NCBI GenBank assembly: GCA_947442105.1
Contig: CANEVH010000017.1
Coordinates: forward strand, 2,548-66,547
Direction of reading: 5' to 3'
From: Comamonadaceae bacterium
GTDB taxonomy: Bacteria > Pseudomonadota > Gammaproteobacteria > Burkholderiales > Burkholderiaceae_C
DNA: 64,000 nucleotides
The notes below the pieces were generated by a model that was not told the DNA's origin, made no database searches, and worked only from the letters and a program-made list of their open reading frames with translations. Positions 18,904 through 27,955 of the stretch are shown here, one piece after another. Position 1 is the stretch's first letter, and the number at the start of each line of letters is the position of its first letter. Made by a program: the position numbers and the translations under genes.

Positions 18904-21270
18904 ATGACCACGCGACAGGTGGAAGCGTTTGAAGAAGGGCTGGCCCTGCACCGCGCGGGGCATTTGCCGCAGGCCAAGGCCATCTATATTGATGTTCTGC
19001 GGCACCAGCCCCAGCACTTCGATGCGCTGCATTTGCTAGGCGTCATCGCGCTGCAAAGTCACAACCCGGGTGCTGCGGTTCGATTGATTAATCTGGCCAT
19101 CGAACAGGCGCCTACAGTGGCAGAGTTCCATTCCAACCTCGGCTTGGCGCTGAAAGACCTCAACCAGTGGGATGACGCGCTGGCCAGCCTGGACCAGGCC
19201 ATCAGGCTCAACCCCGCTTCGGCGCAGGCGCATTTCAACCGGGGCATCGTGTTGCAAGCGCTCCAGAAACCCGATCTCGCGCTCGCCTGTTTCGAGAAGG
19301 CCACGACTTTCAACCCGGACTATGCCGAAGCCCACTTTCAGCTAGGGTTGACGCTGCACCAGCTGCAGCGGCCAGACTTGGCGGTTGCCAGCTATGACCT
19401 CGCCCTGGCCTGCCAGCCGCGTGACGCCAAAGCGCACTACAACAAAGGCGTTGCACTGCAAGCGCAGGACCAGCTTGCGGCCAGTGTGGCCAGCTATGAG
19501 AACGCCATCGCCTGCGAGGCCGGTTACACCGAAGCCCATTTCAACCGGGGGGTGGCGCTGCACCAACTGCGCCAGCTGGACGCCGCCGTGCTCAGCTACA
19601 AAAAAGTGATTGAACTGCAAGCAGACCATGCCGAGGCGTACTCCAACCTCGGGGTAGCGCAGCAGGAGCTGGGGCACATAGAAGCGGCGGTGGAGAGTTA
19701 CCGCCAGGCAGTCGCCATCAAACCGGATTACGCCGCCGCGCACCACAACCTGGGCCTAGCGCTCAAACTCAGTGGGAAGCTGGAAGCGTCCATTGCCAGC
19801 TACGACCAAGCCATCGCACTGGAGCCGAACTACGCCGAAGCCCATGCCGGGCGAGGCCACGCACTGCAGGCGCTACAGGCCTATGCCGCAGCGATTGAAA
19901 GCTACGATCTGGCGCTGCGCATCCGCCCCGACTATGTGGAAGCGCATGCGAACCGGGGCGTGGCACTAGAAAAGCTGGAGCACTACGAGTCGGCGCTCGA
20001 CAGCTTTGAGTTGGCAATTTCCATCAATCCGCAATACGCCGAGGCGCACTACAACCGGGGCGTCGCCCTCAAGGCGCTGGGGCGGCTTGAAGAGGCCATA
20101 CAGGCCTACCGCCAAGCGCTGGAACTAGACGGTCAGCGCGTAGAAACGCACACCAACCTGGGTGTCGCGCTGCAAGAGATGCACCAGTTCGACGAGGCCA
20201 TTGCCTGCTACGACCGCGCCATTGCGCTGGGGCCCGATGCAGTGCAGGCCTATTCGAACCGTGGCGCTGCGCACCAAGATTTGATGCAATTCGACGCGGC
20301 GCTGGCGAGCTACGACCAGGCCTTAAAGATTGCGCCCGAGTCTGCGGAGGCGCGTTCCAACAAAGCCCTGGCGCTGCTGCTTCTGGGCGACTATGCGCGT
20401 GGCTTGCCCTTGTACGAATGCCGTATCCAACTGGGCAAGCCGGTCGGCATGCCCCAAGGCGCAGACCCCCGCCTTTGGCTCGGAGAGGCGCCGCTCGCGG
20501 GCAAAACGCTGCTGCTACACAGTGAGCAAGGTTTTGGCGACACCATCCAATTCTGTCGCTACGCGGCGCTGGCGCATGGGCGGGGCGCAAAGGTGGTGTT
20601 GGCGGTAGAGCCCGAATTACTGGCACTGATGAATGGCATCCAAGGCGTAGGCCGCGTACTGTCCAAATCTGACCCGCTACCGGCGTTTGACTACCACTGC
20701 CCATTGCCAAGTTTGCCCTTGGCATTTGGCACCACGGTGGACACGATTCCTAGCGCAGCCCACTACCTGCAAGCCAACCCAGTGGCCGTTGGGCGCTGGG
20801 CGCAGCGCCTGGGTCCCAAGACCACGCCCCGCATAGGTATTGCGTGGAGCGGTAACCCAAAACATAAAAACGACCGCAGCCGCACGATTCGGCTGGCGGA
20901 CTTTATGCGTCGCTTGCCGAGCCACTGCCACTACTTTGTGCTGCAAAAAGACCTTCCGCAGGCAGACCGCGCCGCACTCAAGAGCCACCCCCAACTCACT
21001 TGCTTTGAGTCAGAGCTACAAAATTTCACCGATACCGCAGCGCTCATTGAAAACATGGACCTGGTAATCACCGTAGACACCAGCCCAGCGCACCTGAGCG
21101 GCGCGCTGGGCAAACCCACCTGGCTGCTGCTGCCCTTTGTGCCGGACTGGCGCTGGCTGCTCGAACGGGAAGACACGCCTTGGTACCCCAGCATGCACCT
21201 GTGCCGACAAACAGCGCGTGGCGACTGGGACAGCGCATTTGCCCACCTGCTGGCGCGCGCTGGGCTGTGA
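18904..21270 (+). CDS. TPR-repeat protein with C-terminal glycosyltransferase family 9-like domain
   Basis: The start is ATG 18904, preceded by GGAG. Many 34-aa TPR units follow (repeating A..Y..A....P.Y.EAH.N.G pattern). The C-terminal domain carries EQGFGDTIQFCRYA and VITVDTSPAHLSGALGKPTW, reminiscent of heptosyltransferase-like GT-B folds. Confidence 0.75.
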   Translation: MTTRQVEAFEEGLALHRAGHLPQAKAIYIDVLRHQPQHFDALHLLGVIALQSHNPGAAVRLINLAIEQAPTVAEFHSNLGLALKDLNQWDDALASLDQAIRLNPASAQAHFNRGIVLQALQKPDLALACFEKATTFNPDYAEAHFQLGLTLHQLQRPDLAVASYDLALACQPRDAKAHYNKGVALQAQDQLAASVASYENAIACEAGYTEAHFNRGVALHQLRQLDAAVLSYKKVIELQADHAEAYSNLGVAQQELGHIEAAVESYRQAVAIKPDYAAAHHNLGLALKLSGKLEASIASYDQAIALEPNYAEAHAGRGHALQALQAYAAAIESYDLALRIRPDYVEAHANRGVALEKLEHYESALDSFELAISINPQYAEAHYNRGVALKALGRLEEAIQAYRQALELDGQRVETHTNLGVALQEMHQFDEAIACYDRAIALGPDAVQAYSNRGAAHQDLMQFDAALASYDQALKIAPESAEARSNKALALLLLGDYARGLPLYECRIQLGKPVGMPQGADPRLWLGEAPLAGKTLLLHSEQGFGDTIQFCRYAALAHGRGAKVVLAVEPELLALMNGIQGVGRVLSKSDPLPAFDYHCPLPSLPLAFGTTVDTIPSAAHYLQANPVAVGRWAQRLGPKTTPRIGIAWSGNPKHKNDRSRTIRLADFMRRLPSHCHYFVLQKDLPQADRAALKSHPQLTCFESELQNFTDTAALIENMDLVITVDTSPAHLSGALGKPTWLLLPFVPDWRWLLEREDTPWYPSMHLCRQTARGDWDSAFAHLLARAGL

Positions 21271-21621
21271 CTGCGCACTAACTTGTCGGCTGCGGCCAAT
21301 ACGCAGTATTCACACCATTGCCCCACATCGGGTAAGACCGCTCAACACGCAAAGCCTCCGCATCCCGGCCCGTTGCCTCGTGCGCTCTGGTTCGGTTTGT
21401 CCATCGTCTGGCGTGCTGTAGCTGCGGCAATTGCTGGCGCGCCACGACGGAAGCTGATTCGACGCAATGGCGCCAAGTCCTCAGAAAGGAGGATTTACCC
21501 TCGGGTAAACGGTGTCAAAGCAATCAACGGCAAGGCCGCTGGGCACTTTTAAGCGTGTCACCTCGAGGGCTGTGAGTGGCTTAGAAGTTGCGCTTGGCTA
21601 GCTGCTACAATTCGCGGCTCA

Positions 21622-21697
21622 GGCCCGGTAGCTCAGTCGGTAGAGCAGAGGATTGAAAATCCTTGTGTCGGTGGTTCGATTCCGCCCCAGGCCACCA
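21622..21697 (+). tRNA. tRNA-Phe (anticodon GAA)
   Basis: The sequence closely parallels E. coli tRNA-Phe (TAGCTCAGTCGGTAGAGCA, anticodon loop TTGAAAA, T loop TTCGATT, encoded CCA). Confidence 0.9.
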
Positions 21698-21751
21698 AAT
21701 TGAGAAGCACGCACCAATGTGTTTCTTGATGACTACGCAAGTGGTCACCAT

Positions 21752-21827
21752 GCGGGAATAGCTCAGTTGGTAGAGCGATACCTTGCCAAGGTATAGGTCG
21801 AGAGTTCGAGCCTCTTTTCCCGCTCCA
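21752..21827 (+). tRNA. tRNA-Gly (anticodon GCC)
   Basis: The acceptor GCGGGAA/TTCCCGC pairs perfectly. The anticodon loop is TTGCCAA, the T loop is TTCGAGC, and CCA is encoded. Confidence 0.93.
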
Positions 21828-21842
21828 AATTTCTCTCGATGC

Positions 21843-21874
21843 AAAAAGCCCATCCATTGCGATGGGCTTTTTTT
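21843..21874. terminator. Bidirectional rho-independent terminator
   Basis: The structure is A5, stem agcccatc (21847-21854), loop cattgc, stem gatgggct (21861-21868), then T6. It lies between the tRNA pair and the convergent ispF. Confidence 0.8.
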
Positions 21875-21917
21875 ATGTCCGCATACGCCTGGTGGCGACC
21901 CGTGGATTGGGCGGCGT

Positions 21918-22403
21918 TCAGGCTGCTTTCACCAGCAACACCACCGCGCGCGCCTCCATGGCCAGGCCTTCGCCGACTGGCCCCATTTTCTCGGCGGTTT
22001 TGGCTTTCACATTCACCTGGTCCACCCCCACCGAGAGCGCCCTGGCGATGCTTTCGCGCATGGCGCCGATATAGGGTGCCAGCTTGGGCGCCTGGGCGAC
22101 CACGGTGCTGTCCACGTTGCCAATCTCAAATCCTTGGGCGCGCACCCGGCGCGCGGCCTCTTGCAGCAAAACGGCCGAATCGGCGCCTTTGAACGCCGCG
22201 TCGGTGTCTGGAAAGTGCGTGCCAATGTCGCCCATGGCGGCGGCGCCCAACAGGGCGTCGGTAATGGCGTGCAGCAAAGCGTCAGCGTCCGAATGCCCCA
22301 GCAGCCCCTTGGTGTGGGGAATTTCCACTCCGCCCAATAGGAGTTTGCGGCCCTCCACCAAAGCGTGAATGTCCCAGCCTTCGCCGATGCGGAAATTGGT
22401 CAT
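21918..22403 (-). CDS. ispF: 2-C-methyl-D-erythritol 2,4-cyclodiphosphate synthase
   Basis: The sequence [15 protein letters not shown]...[19 protein letters not shown] is canonical IspF. Its start overlaps the ispD stop (ATGA). Confidence 0.93.
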   Translation of the reverse strand: MTNFRIGEGWDIHALVEGRKLLLGGVEIPHTKGLLGHSDADALLHAITDALLGAAAMGDIGTHFPDTDAAFKGADSAVLLQEAARRVRAQGFEIGNVDSTVVAQAPKLAPYIGAMRESIARALSVGVDQVNVKAKTAEKMGPVGEGLAMEARAVVLLVKAA

Positions 22404-23167
22404 GGTGTTTTTTCCTTTGCAATGCGGTTGACCAGCACCGCCTGCGCCAGCGCAAAGTCTGCCGGATAGGTCACCTTGAAGTTGTGCGCGCTGCCCGGCA
22501 CCAGCAGCGGCTGCAGGCCCGCCATTTCCAGCGCGCTGGCCTCGTCCGTCACACCGGCAAAGCCTGTGGCCGCTTGCGCCGCCAATGCGTCTTGCAGCGC
22601 GCCCAGGCGGAACATTTGCGGCGTCTGCGCCAGCCATTTGTCCTCGCGCGGCACCGTGGCGGCTACGCGGCCAGCGGCTGCGCGCTTGAGTGTGTCGGGC
22701 AAGGGCAGCGCCAGCAGGCCGCCCACCGGGTCGTTTATGCAGGCGTCAATTAGCGTGTTGACCAACGCGGGCGTCACCAAGCAGCGTGCGGCGTCGTGCA
22801 CCAGTACCCAATCCGAGTCGCGCGCGCCCGATTCACGCAAAGCCTGCAGCCCGTTGAAGACGCTGTGCGCGCGGCTGGCACCACCGCAGTGCTTTCGCGC
22901 GAACCGCTCGGGCCAGGCCTCTGCCTCGGGCCAAACAAAGTCGTCCCCCGGCGACAGCACGACCAAGCCCGCAGTCAGCCGCGCTACCCCAGCCAGCGCC
23001 CACAGGGTGTGCATCACCAACGGCTGCCCGGCTATGGATTGGTATTGCTTGGGTTGGTCTGTGCCCGCACGGCTGCCAGAGCCTGCGCAGGGCACCAAGG
23101 CGTGATAGCGCGGCTGCACGGGGCTGGCGGGGACGCTAGCGTTGGAGTTGGAGTTGGCGTGGGGCAT
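22400..23167 (-). CDS. ispD: 2-C-methyl-D-erythritol 4-phosphate cytidylyltransferase
   Basis: The start is ATG 23167. It has the motif [13 protein letters not shown] plus [11 protein letters not shown], and is fused in an operon with ispF. Confidence 0.9.
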   Translation of the reverse strand: MPHANSNSNASVPASPVQPRYHALVPCAGSGSRAGTDQPKQYQSIAGQPLVMHTLWALAGVARLTAGLVVLSPGDDFVWPEAEAWPERFARKHCGGASRAHSVFNGLQALRESGARDSDWVLVHDAARCLVTPALVNTLIDACINDPVGGLLALPLPDTLKRAAAGRVAATVPREDKWLAQTPQMFRLGALQDALAAQAATGFAGVTDEASALEMAGLQPLLVPGSAHNFKVTYPADFALAQAVLVNRIAKEKTP

Positions 23168-23300
23168 TAAAAAGGCGGGCCACACGGCTTTGCGGCGGTC
23201 GGATGGTACGGGCCATTCTAAAATCAGCTTCGCCTTTGGTTTTTCACCTCCGCACACCCCCTCCTGGGGCAGACGGGGGTTTTTGTATTTGTAGCCCTTC

Positions 23301-26300
23301 ATGATCCTTCCCGCGACTCTGACTTCGAGCCTCCCCACCCTGGCCCCTGGTAAACGTTTCACGCTGCCGCGCCCGGTGGGCTCTGCCGACGCGGTGCTGC
23401 TGGCCCAACTGGCCCAGCGCGACAAATCCGCAGGCCGCAGGACGGCCATCATCACCGCCGACGCGGCGGACGCCCAGCGCCTGATGGACGAGATGGTGTT
23501 TTTTGCGCCCGAGTTGCGCTGCACCGTGTTCCCGGACTGGGAGACCCTGCCCTACGACACCTTTTCGCCGCACCAAGACCTGATCAGCGAACGCCTGGCC
23601 ACGCTGTGGCGCATCAGCCAGCGCGACCACGAGCAGGGCGCTGACGTGGTGCTTATGCCCGCCACTACCGCGCTGTACCGGCTTGCGCCACCGGCGTTTT
23701 TGGCCGGCTACACCTTTGAGTTCACCGTCAAGCAAAAGCTGGATGAGGCCAAACTCAAGGCCCAGCTCACGCTGGCGGGCTACAGCCACGTCACGCAAGT
23801 GGTCAGCCCCGGCGAATACGCGGTGCGCGGCGGGCTGATTGATTTGTTTCCCATGGGCTCGCTCGTGCCTTTTCGGGTGGATTTGTTTGACAACGAAATT
23901 GACAGCATCCGCACTTTCGATCCCGACAGCCAGCGCAGCCTGTACCCAGTGCCCGAGGTGCGCTTGCTGCCAGGGCGCGAGTTTCCGATGGACGAGGCGG
24001 CGCGCGCCAAGTTCCGCAGCCGCTGGCGCGAGCTCTTGGAAGGCGACCCGACCAAGAGCCGCATTTACAAAGACATGGGCGCAGGGGTGGCCACGGCGGG
24101 CATTGAGTACTACCTGCCGCTGTTTTTTGACAGCACCGCCACGGTGTTTGACTACCTGGGCACGCAAGCCACCGTGGTGCTGCACGGCGACCTGGAGCCG
24201 TCTTTCCAGCGCTTTTGGCAAGACACCAAAGACCGCTACCGACTGGTGTACGGCGACCCGGAGCGCCCAGTGCTGCCGCCCGAGGCCTTGTTTTTGGGCA
24301 TAGAGCAGTTTTATTCCGCCGCGCGCGACTACGCGCAACTGGCCATTCGCCCACTGGCGGCCGAACCGGGCGCGCTCAGCCCTTACGCCGAATTTGACGC
24401 CATGCCCCCGGTGGCCGCAGTGCGTGGCGTGGAAGACCCGCTTTTGCAGCTGAAAAACCATATGGCCAACACCGCGCACCGCGTGCTGGTGCTGGCCGAG
24501 AGCCAGGGGCGGCAAACCAGCTTGCTGGACTTTTTGCACGCCAGCCACCTGCGCCCGCCCGCGTTTGACAGCCTGGCCGAGTTTTTGGCCAGCGACGAGC
24601 CCTCGGGCATGGCCACTGCCGCGCTGAACGTGGGCTTTCGCTGGCTGGCACATGGCGTGGATTTGGTGACCGAGACCGAACTGTTTGCTGCGGGCCCCAC
24701 CACGCGCCGACGCAAAAAGCAGGAACAGGTGAGCGATGTGGAGGCGCTGATCAAAGACCTGAGCGAACTCAAAGTAGGCGATCCGGTGGTGCACTCCAGC
24801 CACGGCATTGGCCGCTATACCGGGCTGATGCACCTGGATATGGGCAACAAAAACGCCCAGGGCGAGCCCGAACTGCAAGAGTTTTTGCACCTGGAATACG
24901 CCGACAAAGCCATTTTGTACGTGCCGGTCAGCCAGTTGCAGCTGATCAGCCGCTACACCGGCGTGAGCGCCGACGAGGCGCCACTGCACCGCCTGGGCTC
25001 GGGCCAGTGGGAAAAAGCCAAGCGCCGCGCCGCCGAACAAGTGCGCGACGCGGCAGCCGAGCTGCTCAATATCTACGCCCGCCGCGCCGCGCGCGAGGGC
25101 CACGCCTTCCGCTACTCGCCCACCGACTACGAGACCTTTGCCAACGACTTCGGCTTTGAAGAAACGCCAGACCAAAAAGCGGCTATCCACGCCGTCATCC
25201 AGGACATGATCAGCCCGCGCCCCATGGACCGGCTGGTCTGCGGCGACGTGGGCTTTGGCAAGACCGAAGTCGCCTTGCGCGCTGCCTTTATCGCCATTAC
25301 CGGCGGCAAGCAAGTGGCGCTGCTGGCGCCCACCACGCTGCTGGCCGAACAGCACTACCAAACGCTGATAGACCGCTTTGGCAAATGGCCGGTCAAGGTG
25401 GCGGAGATGAGCCGCTTTCGCAGTGGCAAAGAGATCACCGCCGCGCTCAAGGGCGTGGCCGATGGCACCATCGACATCGTGGTCGGCACGCACAAGCTGC
25501 TCAGCCAAGACACGCATTTCAAAAACCTGGGGCTGTTGATCATTGACGAGGAACACCGTTTTGGCGTGCGCCACAAAGAGGCCATGAAGGCCTTGCGCGC
25601 CGAGGTGGATGTGCTGACGCTGACCGCCACGCCCATCCCCCGCACCCTGGGCATGGCGCTAGAAGGCCTGCGCGACCTGAGCGTGATTGCCACTGCGCCG
25701 CAGCGCCGCCTGGCCATCAAAACCTTTGTCCGTACCGAGGGCAATGGCGTGATCCGCGAGGCGGTGCTGCGCGAGCTCAAGCGCGGCGGCCAGGTTTACT
25801 TTTTGCACAACGAGGTGGACACGATTGAGAACCGCCGCGCCAAGCTCGAAGAACTGCTGCCCGAAGCGCGAATTGCCGTGGCCCACGGCCAGATGCCCGA
25901 GCGGCAGCTGGAAAGCGTGATGCGCGACTTTATCGCGCAGCGTTACAACCTGCTCTTGTGCTCCACCATCATCGAGACCGGCATCGACGTGCCCAGCGCC
26001 AACACCATTGTCATGAGCCGTGCCGACAAGTTTGGTCTGGCCCAGTTGCACCAGTTGCGCGGGCGCGTGGGGCGCAGCCACCACCAGGCCTATGCCTATT
26101 TGATGGTGCCCGACCTGGAGGGCCTGACCAAGCAAGCCCAGCAGCGCCTGGACGCCATTCAGCAAATGGAAGAACTGGGCAGCGGCTTTTATCTGGCCAT
26201 GCATGACCTCGAAATTCGCGGCGCGGGCGAAGTGCTGGGCGAAAACCAGAGCGGCAATATGCTCGAAGTGGGCTTTCAGCTCTACAACGAAATGCTGTCC

Positions 26301-26816
26301 GAGGCGGTGCGCTGCCTGAAGACCGGCATCGAGCCCGATTTGCTCAGCCCGCTCAATGTGACCACCGAGATCAACCTGCACGCCCCGGCGCTCTTGCCCG
26401 ACGACTTTTGTGGCGACGTGCATTTGCGCCTGTCGTTTTACAAAAAGTTTGCCACCGCCAAAACCACCGAGCAAATCGACACGCTGCTCGAAGAAATTGT
26501 GGACCGTTTCGGCAAGCTGCCGCCCCAGGCGCAAACCCTGGTCGACGTGCACCGCCTGCGCGTGATCGCCAAGCCCTACGGCGTGGTGAAAGTGGACGCG
26601 GCGCCCGGCGTGATCAGCATCACCTTCAAGAAAAACGCGCCGATCGACCCGATGAAGATCATCGGCCTGATCCAGAAGAACAAACACATCAAGCTGGTGG
26701 GTAACGAAAAACTGCGGATTGAGCGCGAACTGCCCGAGGTGAAAGACCGCACGCAGATGGTGCGTGACATCTTGCGCAGCCTGGGGCAGCCGGTGGCCGA
26801 GGCAATCACTGCGTGA
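23301..26816 (+). CDS. mfd: Transcription-repair coupling factor
   Basis: The 1171 aa protein has helicase motifs (GDVGFGKTEVALRAAF, DEEHRFGV) and the TRG/TRCF C-terminal domain. Confidence 0.97.
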   Translation: MILPATLTSSLPTLAPGKRFTLPRPVGSADAVLLAQLAQRDKSAGRRTAIITADAADAQRLMDEMVFFAPELRCTVFPDWETLPYDTFSPHQDLISERLATLWRISQRDHEQGADVVLMPATTALYRLAPPAFLAGYTFEFTVKQKLDEAKLKAQLTLAGYSHVTQVVSPGEYAVRGGLIDLFPMGSLVPFRVDLFDNEIDSIRTFDPDSQRSLYPVPEVRLLPGREFPMDEAARAKFRSRWRELLEGDPTKSRIYKDMGAGVATAGIEYYLPLFFDSTATVFDYLGTQATVVLHGDLEPSFQRFWQDTKDRYRLVYGDPERPVLPPEALFLGIEQFYSAARDYAQLAIRPLAAEPGALSPYAEFDAMPPVAAVRGVEDPLLQLKNHMANTAHRVLVLAESQGRQTSLLDFLHASHLRPPAFDSLAEFLASDEPSGMATAALNVGFRWLAHGVDLVTETELFAAGPTTRRRKKQEQVSDVEALIKDLSELKVGDPVVHSSHGIGRYTGLMHLDMGNKNAQGEPELQEFLHLEYADKAILYVPVSQLQLISRYTGVSADEAPLHRLGSGQWEKAKRRAAEQVRDAAAELLNIYARRAAREGHAFRYSPTDYETFANDFGFEETPDQKAAIHAVIQDMISPRPMDRLVCGDVGFGKTEVALRAAFIAITGGKQVALLAPTTLLAEQHYQTLIDRFGKWPVKVAEMSRFRSGKEITAALKGVADGTIDIVVGTHKLLSQDTHFKNLGLLIIDEEHRFGVRHKEAMKALRAEVDVLTLTATPIPRTLGMALEGLRDLSVIATAPQRRLAIKTFVRTEGNGVIREAVLRELKRGGQVYFLHNEVDTIENRRAKLEELLPEARIAVAHGQMPERQLESVMRDFIAQRYNLLLCSTIIETGIDVPSANTIVMSRADKFGLAQLHQLRGRVGRSHHQAYAYLMVPDLEGLTKQAQQRLDAIQQMEELGSGFYLAMHDLEIRGAGEVLGENQSGNMLEVGFQLYNEMLSEAVRCLKTGIEPDLLSPLNVTTEINLHAPALLPDDFCGDVHLRLSFYKKFATAKTTEQIDTLLEEIVDRFGKLPPQAQTLVDVHRLRVIAKPYGVVKVDAAPGVISITFKKNAPIDPMKIIGLIQKNKHIKLVGNEKLRIERELPEVKDRTQMVRDILRSLGQPVAEAITA

Positions 26817-26834
26817 CATAGGCCTAGGCCTATG
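26817..26834. promoter_or_regulatory. Perfect 18-bp palindrome CATAGGCCTAGGCCTATG upstream of vapB1
   Basis: Read directly from the sequence. It starts immediately after the mfd stop and ends 34 nt before the vapB1 start. It is a candidate antitoxin operator or a stem structure. Confidence 0.4.
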
Positions 26835-26868
26835 CTAAGGTGCTTTGTTTTCATTTAGGAGGTGAGCC

Positions 26869-27222
26869 ATGTCTACTACCGCCCTCATCGCTGCCGAAAA
26901 ATCGCCGGAGTATTTGGCACTGAGGCCAGAAGCCGTGAGTGCCGAGGCCTCGCGACGCGTTCGTTTGTTTCGCAATGGCGCGAATCAGGCAGTGCGTATT
27001 CCCAAAGAGTTTGAGTTGCCGGGCACCGATGCCCTCATGCGCCGGGAAGGCAATCGCCTCATATTGGAGCTGGTGCCAGACAAACCCAAGAAAGGCAGTG
27101 CCGCTGCGCTGCTCTTGGCCTTGGAAGAAATTGCCAAGCTGGGACCGTGTGACGACGCATTCCCGGATATTGGCGATGAGGGCTTGCTCCCACTCGACGA
27201 CATCGACTTCGGGGAAGACTGA
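26869..27222 (+). CDS. vapB: VapB-type antitoxin (AbrB/SpoVT-like domain)
   Basis: A strong SD (AGGAGGTG) precedes ATG 26869. The core RLFRNGANQAVRIPKEFEL resembles VagC/VapB antitoxins. The stop lies 2 nt before the PIN toxin gene. Confidence 0.75.
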   Translation: MSTTALIAAEKSPEYLALRPEAVSAEASRRVRLFRNGANQAVRIPKEFELPGTDALMRREGNRLILELVPDKPKKGSAAALLLALEEIAKLGPCDDAFPDIGDEGLLPLDDIDFGED

Positions 27223-27224
27223 AG

Positions 27225-27638
27225 ATGCCGGTCATCTACTTGCTGGATACCAACATCATCAGCCACCTTATGAAGGAAGTGGATAGCGAAAACCTCAAGC
27301 GCTACCGCGCCCGGCTGCACAGCGAGCCAGACTGCACCGTCGTCACCAGCGTCGTCGTGCAATGTGAACTCCTGTTTGGCCTGGCAAGGCACCCGTCACC
27401 ACGGCTTCAAAAGGCCTACGCGCTCCAAATGGAACACCTGCCCGCCCTCGCCTTAGACCCCAGTGTTTGCGCCCACTACGCAAAACTGCGCGCCTTTCTT
27501 GAACAAGCTGGCACCCCCATCGGAGCCAACGACACCCTGATCGCCGCCCACGCCCTTGCGCTGGACGCCACCCTGGTGAGCGCCGATGCGGCCTTCGCCC
27601 GTGTGCCGGGCTTGCGGGTGGAAAACTGGCTAGCGTAG
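27225..27638 (+). CDS. vapC: VapC toxin (PIN domain ribonuclease)
   Basis: The protein starts IYLLDTNIIS (first acidic PIN residue). It also has conserved TPIGANDTLIAAHALA and a C-terminal RVPGLRVENW. Confidence 0.85.
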   Translation: MPVIYLLDTNIISHLMKEVDSENLKRYRARLHSEPDCTVVTSVVVQCELLFGLARHPSPRLQKAYALQMEHLPALALDPSVCAHYAKLRAFLEQAGTPIGANDTLIAAHALALDATLVSADAAFARVPGLRVENWLA

Positions 27639-27700
27639 CTGGCCAGCAAATATATGATTGCAGAACACTTACATTTCACCCAGCCCCCAGGAGCGCCGCC

Positions 27701-27955
27701 ATGTCCCAAGTGACCATTTATATGGATGACGATGCCATTGCCCGCGCCAAGGCCTCGGCTGCCGCAGCGCAGTTGTCCTTAAGCGCCTGGGTGTCCAAGC
27801 TGGTCAAAGAGCAAACACCCGCCGTAGACGCCCATGGCTACCCCCTTGGTTTTTTTGAAGCCATCGCCGCCGATGCCCCGCTGTGGAACGGCTTTCCCAC
27901 CGCCGAAGACCTGCGCGCCAGCCAAGTGCCCGATCTGCCCCGCGAGGCGTGGTGA
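27701..27955 (+). CDS. Antitoxin, ribbon-helix-helix-like (second VapB)
   Basis: The 84 aa protein has an N-terminal beta-strand/helix/helix pattern (VTIYMDDDAIARAKASAAAAQLSLSAWVSKLV). Its stop overlaps the next PIN gene start (GTGATG). Confidence 0.6.
   Translation: MSQVTIYMDDDAIARAKASAAAAQLSLSAWVSKLVKEQTPAVDAHGYPLGFFEAIAADAPLWNGFPTAEDLRASQVPDLPREAW

Noticed and set aside
21283-21552. An 89 aa ORF in the spacer before tRNA-Phe.
   Set aside because: It has no RBS and no recognisable sequence features, and lies in a region likely to contain the tRNA promoter.
18572-21621. A genomic island with att repeats at tRNA-Arg.
   Set aside because: No integrase or transposase is present. By eye I found no second copy of the tRNA-Arg 3' end. 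I kept it only as a weak islet hypothesis in the findings.
23244-25574. A 776 aa ORF on the minus strand, plus a 386 aa ORF at 25659-26819.
   Set aside because: Both are fully antisense to the unmistakable mfd gene. The sequence is Ala/Arg/Gly/His/Gln-rich with no motifs. These are the typical shadow ORFs of GC-rich DNA.
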